Source: a virus
Strand: one strand, 5' to 3'
DNA length: 64,000 nucleotides
UHGV virus genome: UHGV-0294963
Shown: piece after piece, positions 8,042-17,035 of the stretch
How the letters are laid out: each line of letters opens with the position of its first letter
Numbering within the stretch: the stretch's first letter is position 1
Program-made: the position numbers and the translations under genes
Notes under the pieces: generated by a model
Told to the model about the DNA's origin: nothing
What the model saw: the letters and a program-made list of their open reading frames with translations, nothing else
Databases searched by the model: none

Positions 8042-8782
8042 TTAGTTTGCGTAATATACATCTACAGACACAACACCTGCCCAACTGAACTGACAGTTGC
8101 TGTTAGCACTGTAGAAGAAGTCAATAACGTCGGCACCGCTACAGTCATCCAGATAGTAGAGACCATTCATTTCAGGATAACCGTCAACACACAACCATAC
8201 GGTTGTTCGACCTCCGTTAGCATAATAACCAAGTAGGTTATATAGATAACCACTTGCGATACTGCCTTTAGCATAACCATCGCCACCATAATTGCAATCC
8301 ATTAAAGCACGACCGGAACCACCAGTTTCGGAGTATCCATTCCAATCACCTGGTGCATAGTAGGTACCTCGCATACCACTTTGGATAAGGTCACCAGGAG
8401 CTCCGTCCTGAGTAGTTTCATACGGTTCCGGCTCATCAGATTCATACTCTTCCACCACAGGTTCGACCGCTTCGATTACTGATTCTGTTTCGACGAATTC
8501 TGTAATCAACTCAGATTCTGTAGTCTGAGCTGTCGTCGTAATAGTGGTCGTCTTTGTCGATATAGTCGACGTGATTGACGTAGAAGTTGCTATTTCTTGT
8601 GTTGTAGACGTTGTAAATGTAAGGCGATTTGTTTCTAACCGAGTGCTACTCTCGGTACACACTTCTAAATCCTCGACCAGAACGTCCGATGCGTCCATAC
8701 CGCTCTGCGGTATATCCGCACCGCAACCTGTGAATGCCAATGTGGCAATCATAATGAATATTGCTGATTTTGTCTTTATCAT
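8042..8782 (-). CDS. lipoprotein with a Thr/Ser-rich linker and a C-terminal Gly/Tyr-rich domain
   Basis: Signal peptide plus lipobox (LAFTGC), a long T/S-rich low-complexity linker and an acidic stretch. Confidence 0.55.
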   Translation of the reverse strand: MIKTKSAIFIMIATLAFTGCGADIPQSGMDASDVLVEDLEVCTESSTRLETNRLTFTTSTTQEIATSTSITSTISTKTTTITTTAQTTESELITEFVETESVIEAVEPVVEEYESDEPEPYETTQDGAPGDLIQSGMRGTYYAPGDWNGYSETGGSGRALMDCNYGGDGYAKGSIASGYLYNLLGYYANGGRTTVWLCVDGYPEMNGLYYLDDCSGADVIDFFYSANSNCQFSWAGVVSVDVYYAN

Positions 8783-8827
8783 GTTCTTTCTCTCCTTCGT
8801 TATCTTTGTGGGCGTCTACAGTATCAA

Positions 8828-8861
8828 ATTATATACGTTCGTCAACTACGATAACGAAGTT
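8828..8861 (-). promoter_or_regulatory. promoter: AACTTCG - 21 nt - TATAAT upstream of the lipoprotein gene
   Basis: Minus-strand reading AACTTCGTTATCGTAGTTGACGAACGTATATAAT. Confidence 0.45.
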
Positions 8862-8999
8862 TGTACAAGAACACGCACGCTAAAGCATACCACGTGGTTG
8901 TATTTAACACATAAATTACATTGGTTTTATTATTACCACACGCAAATCGTACGCACAATACAAGCAGCAATATGATTTACACAATCTAATATATACAAC

Positions 9000-9046
9000 T
9001 ATAAAAACATACAGAAACGCTCTTGACACAAAGTTCAAGAGCGTTT
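9000..9046 (-). terminator. rho-independent terminator
   Basis: aaacgctcttga-cacaaagt-tcaagagcgttt followed on the transcript by CUGUAUGUUUUUAU, just downstream of the 9056 gene. Confidence 0.45.
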
Positions 9047-9055
9047 CGAAAGAAA

Positions 9056-9475
9056 TTATTTCTGATATGATATATACGACTCAATCTTAGCTTCAATCCA
9101 TTCCTCGATGTTGTCTTTGTCTTCTGCAAGAATCCCAAGCGTCTTCTGTGTCAGGTTGTTCTTGATATATTCCATACAATCTTGCAACGCTTTTGACTGA
9201 GTTGTTGAATCCCACGTACCATTATCTTTGGCAATTCGAACAAAAGTCTGCTCAATATAGCCGACACCATCCTCAAGAACTGACTGAAATTCCTGAAGTG
9301 CAAGCTGGGTACGCTCTGATTTGCACTTTGTTCCTACCCAAGCGATGCCTGAGCGAATAAGGCAAATCAATGCAGTTGCGAGTGCGGTGGCAATTATGTC
9401 CACCAGGATTTGTGTAATCTGATGTTCCATGGTATACCTTCCTTTCTTACTTAACTTCATCTGCAATAAAATCAA
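9056..9475 (-). CDS. membrane protein (holin-like candidate)
   Basis: 139 aa. One predicted transmembrane helix (ILVDIIATALATALICLIRSGIAWV) near the N-terminus. Confidence 0.4.
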   Translation of the reverse strand: MILLQMKLSKKGRYTMEHQITQILVDIIATALATALICLIRSGIAWVGTKCKSERTQLALQEFQSVLEDGVGYIEQTFVRIAKDNGTWDSTTQSKALQDCMEYIKNNLTQKTLGILAEDKDNIEEWIEAKIESYISYQK

Positions 9476-9875
9476 GCCATGCTAGTGATATTAACTCCGG
9501 CTTGAGTTCTCGGATTTCATTGTAGAGTTCTACATAAGCGGCATGAGTAGCGCCATTACCGCCCATTTCGAAGTAGTCCTCCATGTCGTCATGAAGCTCT
9601 GTGATATATAGCCTCAGCCGAGCGTCAGAAACATTCGGGTCTTCTAATTTATCTCTGACACAATTTATCGTCCGATTCAAATTGGCACGAAACAGCTTTT
9701 TCAGCATCCTCGCGTTTAACTCCTGCTGGGCTTTTTCTTTCTGAACTTCTTCAGAAGTCGCTCTTGCCTGAGCGTCTTTCTTATCGACAACAGACCAGTG
9801 CCTGTTCAAGAGGGTGCTAATTAGTCCGCTACTTAGAACGGCTACGACTATCGTAATAACATTTTCTGTACTCAT
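9447..9875 (-). CDS. membrane protein (holin/spanin-like candidate)
   Basis: 142 aa. N-terminal transmembrane helix (VITIVVAVLSSGLISTLL) followed by a charged, coiled-coil-like region. Confidence 0.4.
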   Translation of the reverse strand: MSTENVITIVVAVLSSGLISTLLNRHWSVVDKKDAQARATSEEVQKEKAQQELNARMLKKLFRANLNRTINCVRDKLEDPNVSDARLRLYITELHDDMEDYFEMGGNGATHAAYVELYNEIRELKPELISLAWLDFIADEVK

Positions 9876-9894
9876 TTGAATCTACCTACCTTAA

Positions 9895-10269
9895 TCAAAA
9901 TTCTTTGTCGATGTACGTTTCTCTAATTACACTCTCACCAAATAACTTACCGTCTATTCCCTCACGAACCTGAGTGTTATCAGGCGTACTCTCTAGATTA
10001 CCACCTCCGTCTATATTATCTATGTACCCGTCTTCTATCAGCTCGATGTAATCTATGTGCAGAAGAACAAGCCAATAAGACATTCGAGCACACATCTGAC
10101 GATACCATGACACTTCTGCTTCATTATAACACTCTATTCGAAAGACATCATGCAGATATCCTTGTTGCCTCTGACGTCTTTGGTATAGAGGAAAAGCAAC
10201 TTTTCTGCGTATGCCTATGTAGACATACGCATAGAGTGGCTTGTTACCATACATAATATCAGTGTTCAT
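9895..10269 (-). CDS. hypothetical protein
   Basis: 124 aa ORF in a gene-dense run. Confidence 0.35.
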   Translation of the reverse strand: MNTDIMYGNKPLYAYVYIGIRRKVAFPLYQRRQRQQGYLHDVFRIECYNEAEVSWYRQMCARMSYWLVLLHIDYIELIEDGYIDNIDGGGNLESTPDNTQVREGIDGKLFGESVIRETYIDKEF

Positions 10270-10285
10270 ACCGACACCTCAATTC

Positions 10286-12631
10286 TTAGGTTTGAGTAGC
10301 ACCGTTAGCATAGAAACTACCGAATAGACGAAGTGTAGACTCTGATTGAAGCTCCAATGTATTAGGTGCAACCTCAAGCTGACCTAGATTACCATTTATC
10401 CAGGATACATAAGGCGGGTCATTCATCTGTGTACCATAATATCCAGGCATACCTAGACCGTTCATGTTATGAAGGTAGACATAGAAGTAAACTTCTTGTG
10501 GGTCCAGATACTGCTGAGTTCCTCTATTAAAGGTGAATTCCTGCCAACCGATTTTGGTAATGCGTTCGGTATTACCCGCTGCAACCAGTGAACACTTTAT
10601 TATACCATAGTCATCGGGGTCGGGACCTATATATTTGTATATAGCAGGTATCACATACACATCATATTCTGGACTTGAAGGAAGCTGTGTAATAATAGCT
10701 TTGAACTTCATATCAGAAGTCAGATACACCATTTCAGGTACCTGAATCATCGTACCATGCGCCACCCAGTTATTCTGTGCACCTTGGTCGACAGACGAGT
10801 TACTTCCCAGTGCAACGGGAAATGTGCTAACGAGCACGTTACGTTTTAACAAATCTCCATAGCTAAGCAATGACCACCAACCGCTCTTATACGACCATAA
10901 GCAATGCGTAGACTCAACCATGTAGAGCTTGCTTTCGATAGGATTTTGCAACGCTAATCTTTCTGCATCATCGGCCAATATGATATAATCACCGATTCGA
11001 ATTCTATTACCATTGGTGTCTAGGTATAACTCCAAGGTATCTACTGCAACTCGAATCGTTCCGTCCGTGATAGTTACCGGCATGCTAGCTAAGGTAGTTT
11101 TCGAGTGAGCTACCGGGTCACCATCATTCCAAGCCTCAGCCGCTGCAGAACCGGCAGGTATGTTGATTGTTGTATCAGTCTTAGAATTAGTAGTGAATGT
11201 ACCTAAGGTAGTATTACCCTGCTTCAGCGTAATAGTAGCGTCACCAACATCTGATAACTGGGCATACTCAGACAAATCGATTGTAATAGTACCGTCTGTC
11301 TTAGAATTAGCTTTGAATGTACCTAAGGTAGTGTTACCTTGCTTAATTGTTAAAGTAGCATCCCCGATATCCGATTTCAATACATAATCAGACAAGTCAA
11401 CTTCAGGCACCACAATCTCTGCATCAGTCTTGGAATTAGCTGTAAATGTACCTAATACAGTATTGCCTAGCTTAATAGTCAGGGCGGCATCTCCAATATA
11501 TGATTTCAATGCGTAATCCGACAAGTCAACTTCAGGTACTGTGATTTCTGCATCGGTCTTAGAGTTAGCTTTGAATGTACCCAGTATAGTATCACCTAGC
11601 TTAATAGTCAGTGTAGCATCTCCGATGTCTGATTTCGATGCGTAATCCGACAAGTCAACTTCAGGTATGGTAATGTCGGCATCGGTTTTGGAGTTAGCTT
11701 TAAACGAACCTAAAATGGTGTTACCCAGTCTGACGGTCAATGTAGCGTCTCCAATGTCCATAAGACGAGCATAGCCGGTTAAATTAGGTTCTGGAATTGA
11801 AATTATCGCATCAGTCTTTGCATTAGCTTTGAATGTACCAAGAAGAGTATCTCCCTGCTTCAGAGTTAACGTAGCATCGCCTATGTCACCGGTTTGAGCA
11901 TAATCGGATAGGTCAATCGTAATGGTACTGTCAGTCTTAGCATTAGCTTTGAAAGTACCTAGGATAGTATTGCCAATCTTGATAGTTAGCGTTGCATCGC
12001 CAATATCAGTTTTCGAAGCATAATCAGATAAATCTGGTTCTGGTACAATGATTGTCTCGTTCGTCTTAGAGTTAGCCGTAAATGTACCTAAAGTAGTCTG
12101 ACCTTGCTTGATAGTTAGCGTTGCGTCTCCTATGTCGGTTTTTAATGCGTACGCAGTCAAATCAAGCGTGATAGTTGCGTCTGACTTAGCATTAGCATTG
12201 AAAGTACCTAAGGTAATGTCACCAACCTTGATTGTCAGAGTGGCGTTACCGATATCCGTCTTCTTCGCATAATCAGTCAAGTCTACCTGAGCTTTACCCA
12301 CTCGTTCCCAGGTTTGGCTCTGAACTACCCAGATATATTCAGTGAACAGGTCACCGGATTCTGAGTCTCCAGAAACGAGCACAACGTATAACGTCGTATC
12401 TGGATGAGCAGGAGGATTGACGGGTACTTCATTAGCAATCTGAACATCGATGTGTGTGATTCCTGAAAGCATATCTCGAACTGCTTTGATTTTTAGCAGA
12501 AGCTGCGTAACGAGATACTCGGTACTGTCCTGACCTAAGAAATCACCTACAGTATAGTCTGCCATGCGAACACCTCCTTTATACTCCCGGACTTTCTGAC
12601 TCGAGGTGGACTGTAAGTCCAGCTCCGTCAT
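10286..12631 (-). CDS. tail fibre / receptor-binding protein with about ten tandem 37-aa repeats
   Basis: The DIGDATLTIKxGNTxLGTFKANSKTDxxITxPEVDLSDYAxKS unit repeats through the middle. Sits in the tail block. Confidence 0.55.
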   Translation of the reverse strand: MTELDLQSTSSQKVREYKGGVRMADYTVGDFLGQDSTEYLVTQLLLKIKAVRDMLSGITHIDVQIANEVPVNPPAHPDTTLYVVLVSGDSESGDLFTEYIWVVQSQTWERVGKAQVDLTDYAKKTDIGNATLTIKVGDITLGTFNANAKSDATITLDLTAYALKTDIGDATLTIKQGQTTLGTFTANSKTNETIIVPEPDLSDYASKTDIGDATLTIKIGNTILGTFKANAKTDSTITIDLSDYAQTGDIGDATLTLKQGDTLLGTFKANAKTDAIISIPEPNLTGYARLMDIGDATLTVRLGNTILGSFKANSKTDADITIPEVDLSDYASKSDIGDATLTIKLGDTILGTFKANSKTDAEITVPEVDLSDYALKSYIGDAALTIKLGNTVLGTFTANSKTDAEIVVPEVDLSDYVLKSDIGDATLTIKQGNTTLGTFKANSKTDGTITIDLSEYAQLSDVGDATITLKQGNTTLGTFTTNSKTDTTINIPAGSAAAEAWNDGDPVAHSKTTLASMPVTITDGTIRVAVDTLELYLDTNGNRIRIGDYIILADDAERLALQNPIESKLYMVESTHCLWSYKSGWWSLLSYGDLLKRNVLVSTFPVALGSNSSVDQGAQNNWVAHGTMIQVPEMVYLTSDMKFKAIITQLPSSPEYDVYVIPAIYKYIGPDPDDYGIIKCSLVAAGNTERITKIGWQEFTFNRGTQQYLDPQEVYFYVYLHNMNGLGMPGYYGTQMNDPPYVSWINGNLGQLEVAPNTLELQSESTLRLFGSFYANGATQT
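11150..12300. repeat. roughly 111 bp imperfect tandem DNA repeats (about 10 copies) inside the fibre gene
   Basis: Visible directly: ...gtcttagaattagc(t)ttgaatgtacctaaggtagt... recurring in phase. Confidence 0.7.
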
Positions 12632-13916
12632 AGGTTACCGAATCTTGTCTACCTATCGCTTGAAGTTGATTATTAACCGAGCTAATGTTCACGATTGTTG
12701 ATGTCTGGATATTAGGGTCATCACCTGACGTTGCGTAGATTACTAATCTAGAAGTGGTTTCGTCATTACCGATTGTAAGTAATCCCGTAGAACTGATATT
12801 AGTGCTCGCGGATTCATTACCCTCAACTCTCCACCAGAATACACCAGGAGCACGCTCACCAACACCGGTGGTAGCTATGTACTGAATATGATGTAGGTCG
12901 ATTACCCTACCACGAAGTAAAATACCCATGGGTACGTCATCAAGACTTCCTATACGTTCATTCGGCATAATAGCACGGACAGACACACGCCACTCGATTA
13001 AGATTACTTCACCGTCTGAGACGTAGACGATGTCGTCCTCTGTCGGTACTCGGAATCCTGCAAGCATAGTATCTAAACCGTGAGGGTCGGTATTATTCTT
13101 TTCATACAGACCAAATTCGGATACAGCCATTATATCGAGTTGTGGTCCAACCGAGTCTACTCTCCAGGTACCTTTACCTTGAGCTGCTTTTTCAGGGTCA
13201 GAGTCTGGTACCCAGGTTTTCTTAGTAGGATTTAATAGATTATGAACCCACTCCACCGAAGCGTAACCATAGAAAATAGCCTGTGAACAATACCCATCTA
13301 CGCCGTAATCCCAATCAGCAGGACAATCAGACAGAACATCTGCTCTTAAAATCGGAATACGACCGATAAGGTCCCAACCATCCTGCTCAGAGGGGCTAAC
13401 GTCATGATTAGGAATACGACTGGTACATAACTCACCTTGGAATATAGGCTCGTCAGACGTCGCACCAGTGAATCCATTTTTGCCCCAGCCCTTCTCTGCA
13501 TCCCAATAGTGCTGACTTATGCCGCGTTCATCAGGGTTCTTAGGACCGCAGACATCGGTAAGTGCAAGCGACGTAGACTCAAACCAAGGTCGAGTAGTCA
13601 CCCCCTCGACAAAGTTCTTGTTCTCAAATCCGTCTTCAACCTCAGCTTTATTATTAGTACCCCAGGGCTGCTTTACGATACCCATCGTACCTATACCCAT
13701 ATAGTTAGGACGACCTTTACCTCGCTTGTATGTATTTTCAGCACCAGTTAGGTAGTTACATATAGACTCCGTCATTAGTCGAGTTGCGGTGTTCTTAAAT
13801 CTACGGTCAGTTCTTACCTGGATTCTGCCGTCAGCGTCTGGTTTACCTACGACTACCCGGACATTCAAGATAACCTTTGCTTGTGATGCTAGAATATTTT
13901 CTGACATCCGACCCAC
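12579..13916 (-). CDS. hypothetical structural protein (445 aa)
   Basis: Long ORF in the tail block. Confidence 0.45.
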   Translation of the reverse strand: MGRMSENILASQAKVILNVRVVVGKPDADGRIQVRTDRRFKNTATRLMTESICNYLTGAENTYKRGKGRPNYMGIGTMGIVKQPWGTNNKAEVEDGFENKNFVEGVTTRPWFESTSLALTDVCGPKNPDERGISQHYWDAEKGWGKNGFTGATSDEPIFQGELCTSRIPNHDVSPSEQDGWDLIGRIPILRADVLSDCPADWDYGVDGYCSQAIFYGYASVEWVHNLLNPTKKTWVPDSDPEKAAQGKGTWRVDSVGPQLDIMAVSEFGLYEKNNTDPHGLDTMLAGFRVPTEDDIVYVSDGEVILIEWRVSVRAIMPNERIGSLDDVPMGILLRGRVIDLHHIQYIATTGVGERAPGVFWWRVEGNESASTNISSTGLLTIGNDETTSRLVIYATSGDDPNIQTSTIVNISSVNNQLQAIGRQDSVTYDGAGLTVHLESESPGV

Positions 13917-13939
13917 CTCCTTTCATTACCATAATCATA

Positions 13940-15298
13940 TCACTTACCGAGTTTCTGATTGATTTCCTGAACCTGTTTCAGAATCTGTTCGAATACGTCC
14001 ATAGCTTCTTCTGGTGTAGGAGTCTCGGGATTATTCGGCTTAACAGCAGGGTCTTTCGGCTTCTCGTCAGGAGTGTCAGGGTCCGGTGTGTAATTAGATG
14101 CATCCCAACCATTGAAACCCTTTTCCTTGATAACTGCAAAATCGGTGTAAGCATAGTCCTTATCGACATTACCAGAAATACCAGGAACAGAACCAGTAGC
14201 AGAATACTGCCAGAGAACTTTGTCACCAGAGTAGCCACAAGAACCTCGCCAGTCAGCAACCCATTGGACATAACGCTGCTTATTCTGGTCGTTCAGATAA
14301 TTGTCATAGCCGTTCGGATTGCAGTAGACACCGACGTAATAGCCGTTCTGTTCGAGGGTTGAACAAAATGCAGGAACGATTTCATTGATAAGAGCAGATA
14401 CAGTAGTACCCTTCTCTTCAGCTGCTTGCTGAAGAATAGGAATATGGTCGTCTTCCAGGATGTCATAGAATACAGGGAGTTCAAGCTGCTTGCCTTTTAA
14501 CGCCTTGAGGAACACAGCAGCTTCTCTCTTAGCATCTTCAGCACAATCAGCATAACAATACCAATAAGCACCGACTGCAGTACCTTGCTTCTTGAAGCCC
14601 TTATAGTTCTTCTCCCAATTTTCGTCAATCTGATAATCCTCTCTGCCATAACCTGCTCTGATTACAACAAAGTCGATTGTTTCTGCTGCTGTAGCAAAAT
14701 CAATATCTCCCTGCCATCTAGACACGTCGATACCTTTCAATTCAACTGTCTCAGCATTCGACTTGTTAGTCTTAGGAGATAAGCCATAATATGACCAGAA
14801 GTCGCTGGTTACAGTACCGTTACCATAGACTTCGTTGCCATACCATTTATACGACTGTCTGTAAGCATCTTTGCGGTCTTTAGTGTCGCAGTGCGTATAG
14901 ATATAAGCACTGGTAATATTCGCAATACCGCGAAAGCCGATTTCCTGTGCTGCACAGCAAACAATCTTACTGCTAACAGGAGAACCCTGCTTATCATAGA
15001 CAATGAAATCAGCGGCATAGCCATCAACGTGAGGTCCAGAACCCGAACCGCCAACTGCTTTATCGTGCGTAGGGCAGCGATAACCAGAAGTCAGACAAAT
15101 TTTAGATACTTCAACGCCGAACAGCTGCGGAATAACCGTGAAGAGTTTTTCCAGATTTTGGACAAGTTCATCATCGATTTTGTATTCGTGTTGGGAATCA
15201 TGACTGTCGTCAGGTTTGCAGCGGAACTCAGAAGAATTAAAATGCTCCGTGAGCTGAATGGCATCACCGTACTGATAAGTCTTTACCATACAAATCAT
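13940..15298 (-). CDS. two-domain cell-wall lysin (endolysin): N-terminal M15-family peptidase plus central GH25 muramidase
   Basis: SGYRCPTHDKAVGGSGSGPHVDGYAADF is the peptidase M15 (VanY-like) zinc motif. GIDVSRWQGDIDF ... VVIRAGYG is the GH25 lysozyme signature. Pro/Asp/Lys-rich C-terminal tail. Confidence 0.75.
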   Translation of the reverse strand: MICMVKTYQYGDAIQLTEHFNSSEFRCKPDDSHDSQHEYKIDDELVQNLEKLFTVIPQLFGVEVSKICLTSGYRCPTHDKAVGGSGSGPHVDGYAADFIVYDKQGSPVSSKIVCCAAQEIGFRGIANITSAYIYTHCDTKDRKDAYRQSYKWYGNEVYGNGTVTSDFWSYYGLSPKTNKSNAETVELKGIDVSRWQGDIDFATAAETIDFVVIRAGYGREDYQIDENWEKNYKGFKKQGTAVGAYWYCYADCAEDAKREAAVFLKALKGKQLELPVFYDILEDDHIPILQQAAEEKGTTVSALINEIVPAFCSTLEQNGYYVGVYCNPNGYDNYLNDQNKQRYVQWVADWRGSCGYSGDKVLWQYSATGSVPGISGNVDKDYAYTDFAVIKEKGFNGWDASNYTPDPDTPDEKPKDPAVKPNNPETPTPEEAMDVFEQILKQVQEINQKLGK

Positions 15299-15475
15299 CC
15301 TTTCTAAAATTCAGGCTCTCACCTGTTACCCTATTATATTATGAGCCATCAATGACCCGTAGTGCTGAGAAATAAACGGTTTTGCTTAAATGCAGCAATA
15401 TGAGGTAACACTTTATACGTTACAACACCGTGCATTTAAGCAAAACCAAAAGAAATATAATGATTTGTAAGCGAA

Positions 15476-17023
15476 TTATGGAGTGTATTCTGTCGGGTCG
15501 TCTTCACCCTCAGAATTCTTCGTAGTCCAGAACGCGTCGTCACCTGTAGGTCCACCGTTCGTCTCTGCATCATATGGTACAGGGTTTCTAGGTACCGGTT
15601 CTTTACCTGCGATAACAACATCATCAGCACCAGTCCAAGTCGATTCGTTATCAGCATCAACCTGAAATAGATTTATCATCAGGTTCTTGTTGGTACCGTC
15701 ATCACCATCACCGGGTGTATCAAGCGTAGGCATATGAGTACCGGTATAAGTGTCAACCAGATAACCGGGTCTATGACTTGCATAACGCTGTGCGTCTTGA
15801 TAAATCGGATACTCTTCATCTGGACTTGTTTCTATCGGTAATTTAAGCCCGTTACCGAGGATATCAACATTCTCCTTAGTTCTAGGAGTCGGGAAGCCGA
15901 CATGGTCAGGATACTGCAAAGGCGCACTGGTCAGTACAGCTTTACCTGCTTCCTGAAGCGTTTCTGGCTCTGCTGCGTCGGTAGCTTCCGGTCCGTAATT
16001 GTATGATTGCTGAGCTCTATACGCATTTGGATTATACAAAGAATCACCTATTTTCATACCGGACATACCAGGCACATTCTGCTGTATTTCACTATAGATG
16101 CTAAGAAGTTCATCGTGGTCATAATACAGAAATTTACCCTCGATATGATATACCGGTTTAGTATAATATTCGTGCTTTAGCTTACCGGCGAGCTGTGAAT
16201 GGTAAAGCGTCCTAAGCCAAGGCTCAACCGACAGCTCATCGGTTGGGTTCTCTACCTTAGCAAACAGCATACGGTCATATTCATGAACCATGGACGAATT
16301 CGGTGTACCAGTAGCGCCGTTCCTCGATGTGCGTTCAGATTCAGGAATAACAACCGCCTTTACTGTCAAGTCAGTATAAGGATTAGCTTTTTGAGCAACC
16401 ATCGGTAATAGATACATACCTACAGGTCGTACATATTCCTGCAAGTAAGCTAAATCCAGAAGCCTACGCATTCTTTCCTCATATACTGCCTGCTTCTCTG
16501 CATCAGGCATTCCAACTGTAATTTTAGGGAAGTAATCGCTCGCAATTACGAATAGATAAATTATGCCAGCATCGTGGTCTACATCCAACCAGATTTTTGA
16601 TATATCGATGGATTCATGAAAATTCATAGGTATCTGCTTTCCAGCATCAGGGTCTGGAACTTGTTCAACACCCTGCGCTGTGTATCGATAATAATACTCG
16701 GGATAGGTCTGTCGATATCTAATATCAATTGCCGCTGCATTACCAATACCAGTAGCACTGCCTCGATAGCGTATCATATTCTTGATGAAATTCTTTAGAA
16801 CAACTCGATTATACATAACAGTCTTGAGTTCTTGATAATCAAAACCGATATGCTCTGCGAGCTCAGGAAGAAGAGCCCTAGGACAATGTTCAGGTGAATA
16901 GCAATCTAATATATGATTGGTGTAATATTCAAGAATCTCGTGCTCGATATCGAACAGTCGGCACACGGTCCTCATATCAAAACTCTGTTCATAGATATTA
17001 GGTATCATTCGTTCTGATTTCAT
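15476..17023 (-). CDS. baseplate or tail-fibre-associated protein (515 aa)
   Basis: Position in the tail block. No specific motif. Confidence 0.4.
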   Translation of the reverse strand: MKSERMIPNIYEQSFDMRTVCRLFDIEHEILEYYTNHILDCYSPEHCPRALLPELAEHIGFDYQELKTVMYNRVVLKNFIKNMIRYRGSATGIGNAAAIDIRYRQTYPEYYYRYTAQGVEQVPDPDAGKQIPMNFHESIDISKIWLDVDHDAGIIYLFVIASDYFPKITVGMPDAEKQAVYEERMRRLLDLAYLQEYVRPVGMYLLPMVAQKANPYTDLTVKAVVIPESERTSRNGATGTPNSSMVHEYDRMLFAKVENPTDELSVEPWLRTLYHSQLAGKLKHEYYTKPVYHIEGKFLYYDHDELLSIYSEIQQNVPGMSGMKIGDSLYNPNAYRAQQSYNYGPEATDAAEPETLQEAGKAVLTSAPLQYPDHVGFPTPRTKENVDILGNGLKLPIETSPDEEYPIYQDAQRYASHRPGYLVDTYTGTHMPTLDTPGDGDDGTNKNLMINLFQVDADNESTWTGADDVVIAGKEPVPRNPVPYDAETNGGPTGDDAFWTTKNSEGEDDPTEYTP

Positions 17024-17035
17024 AGCTACACCTCC

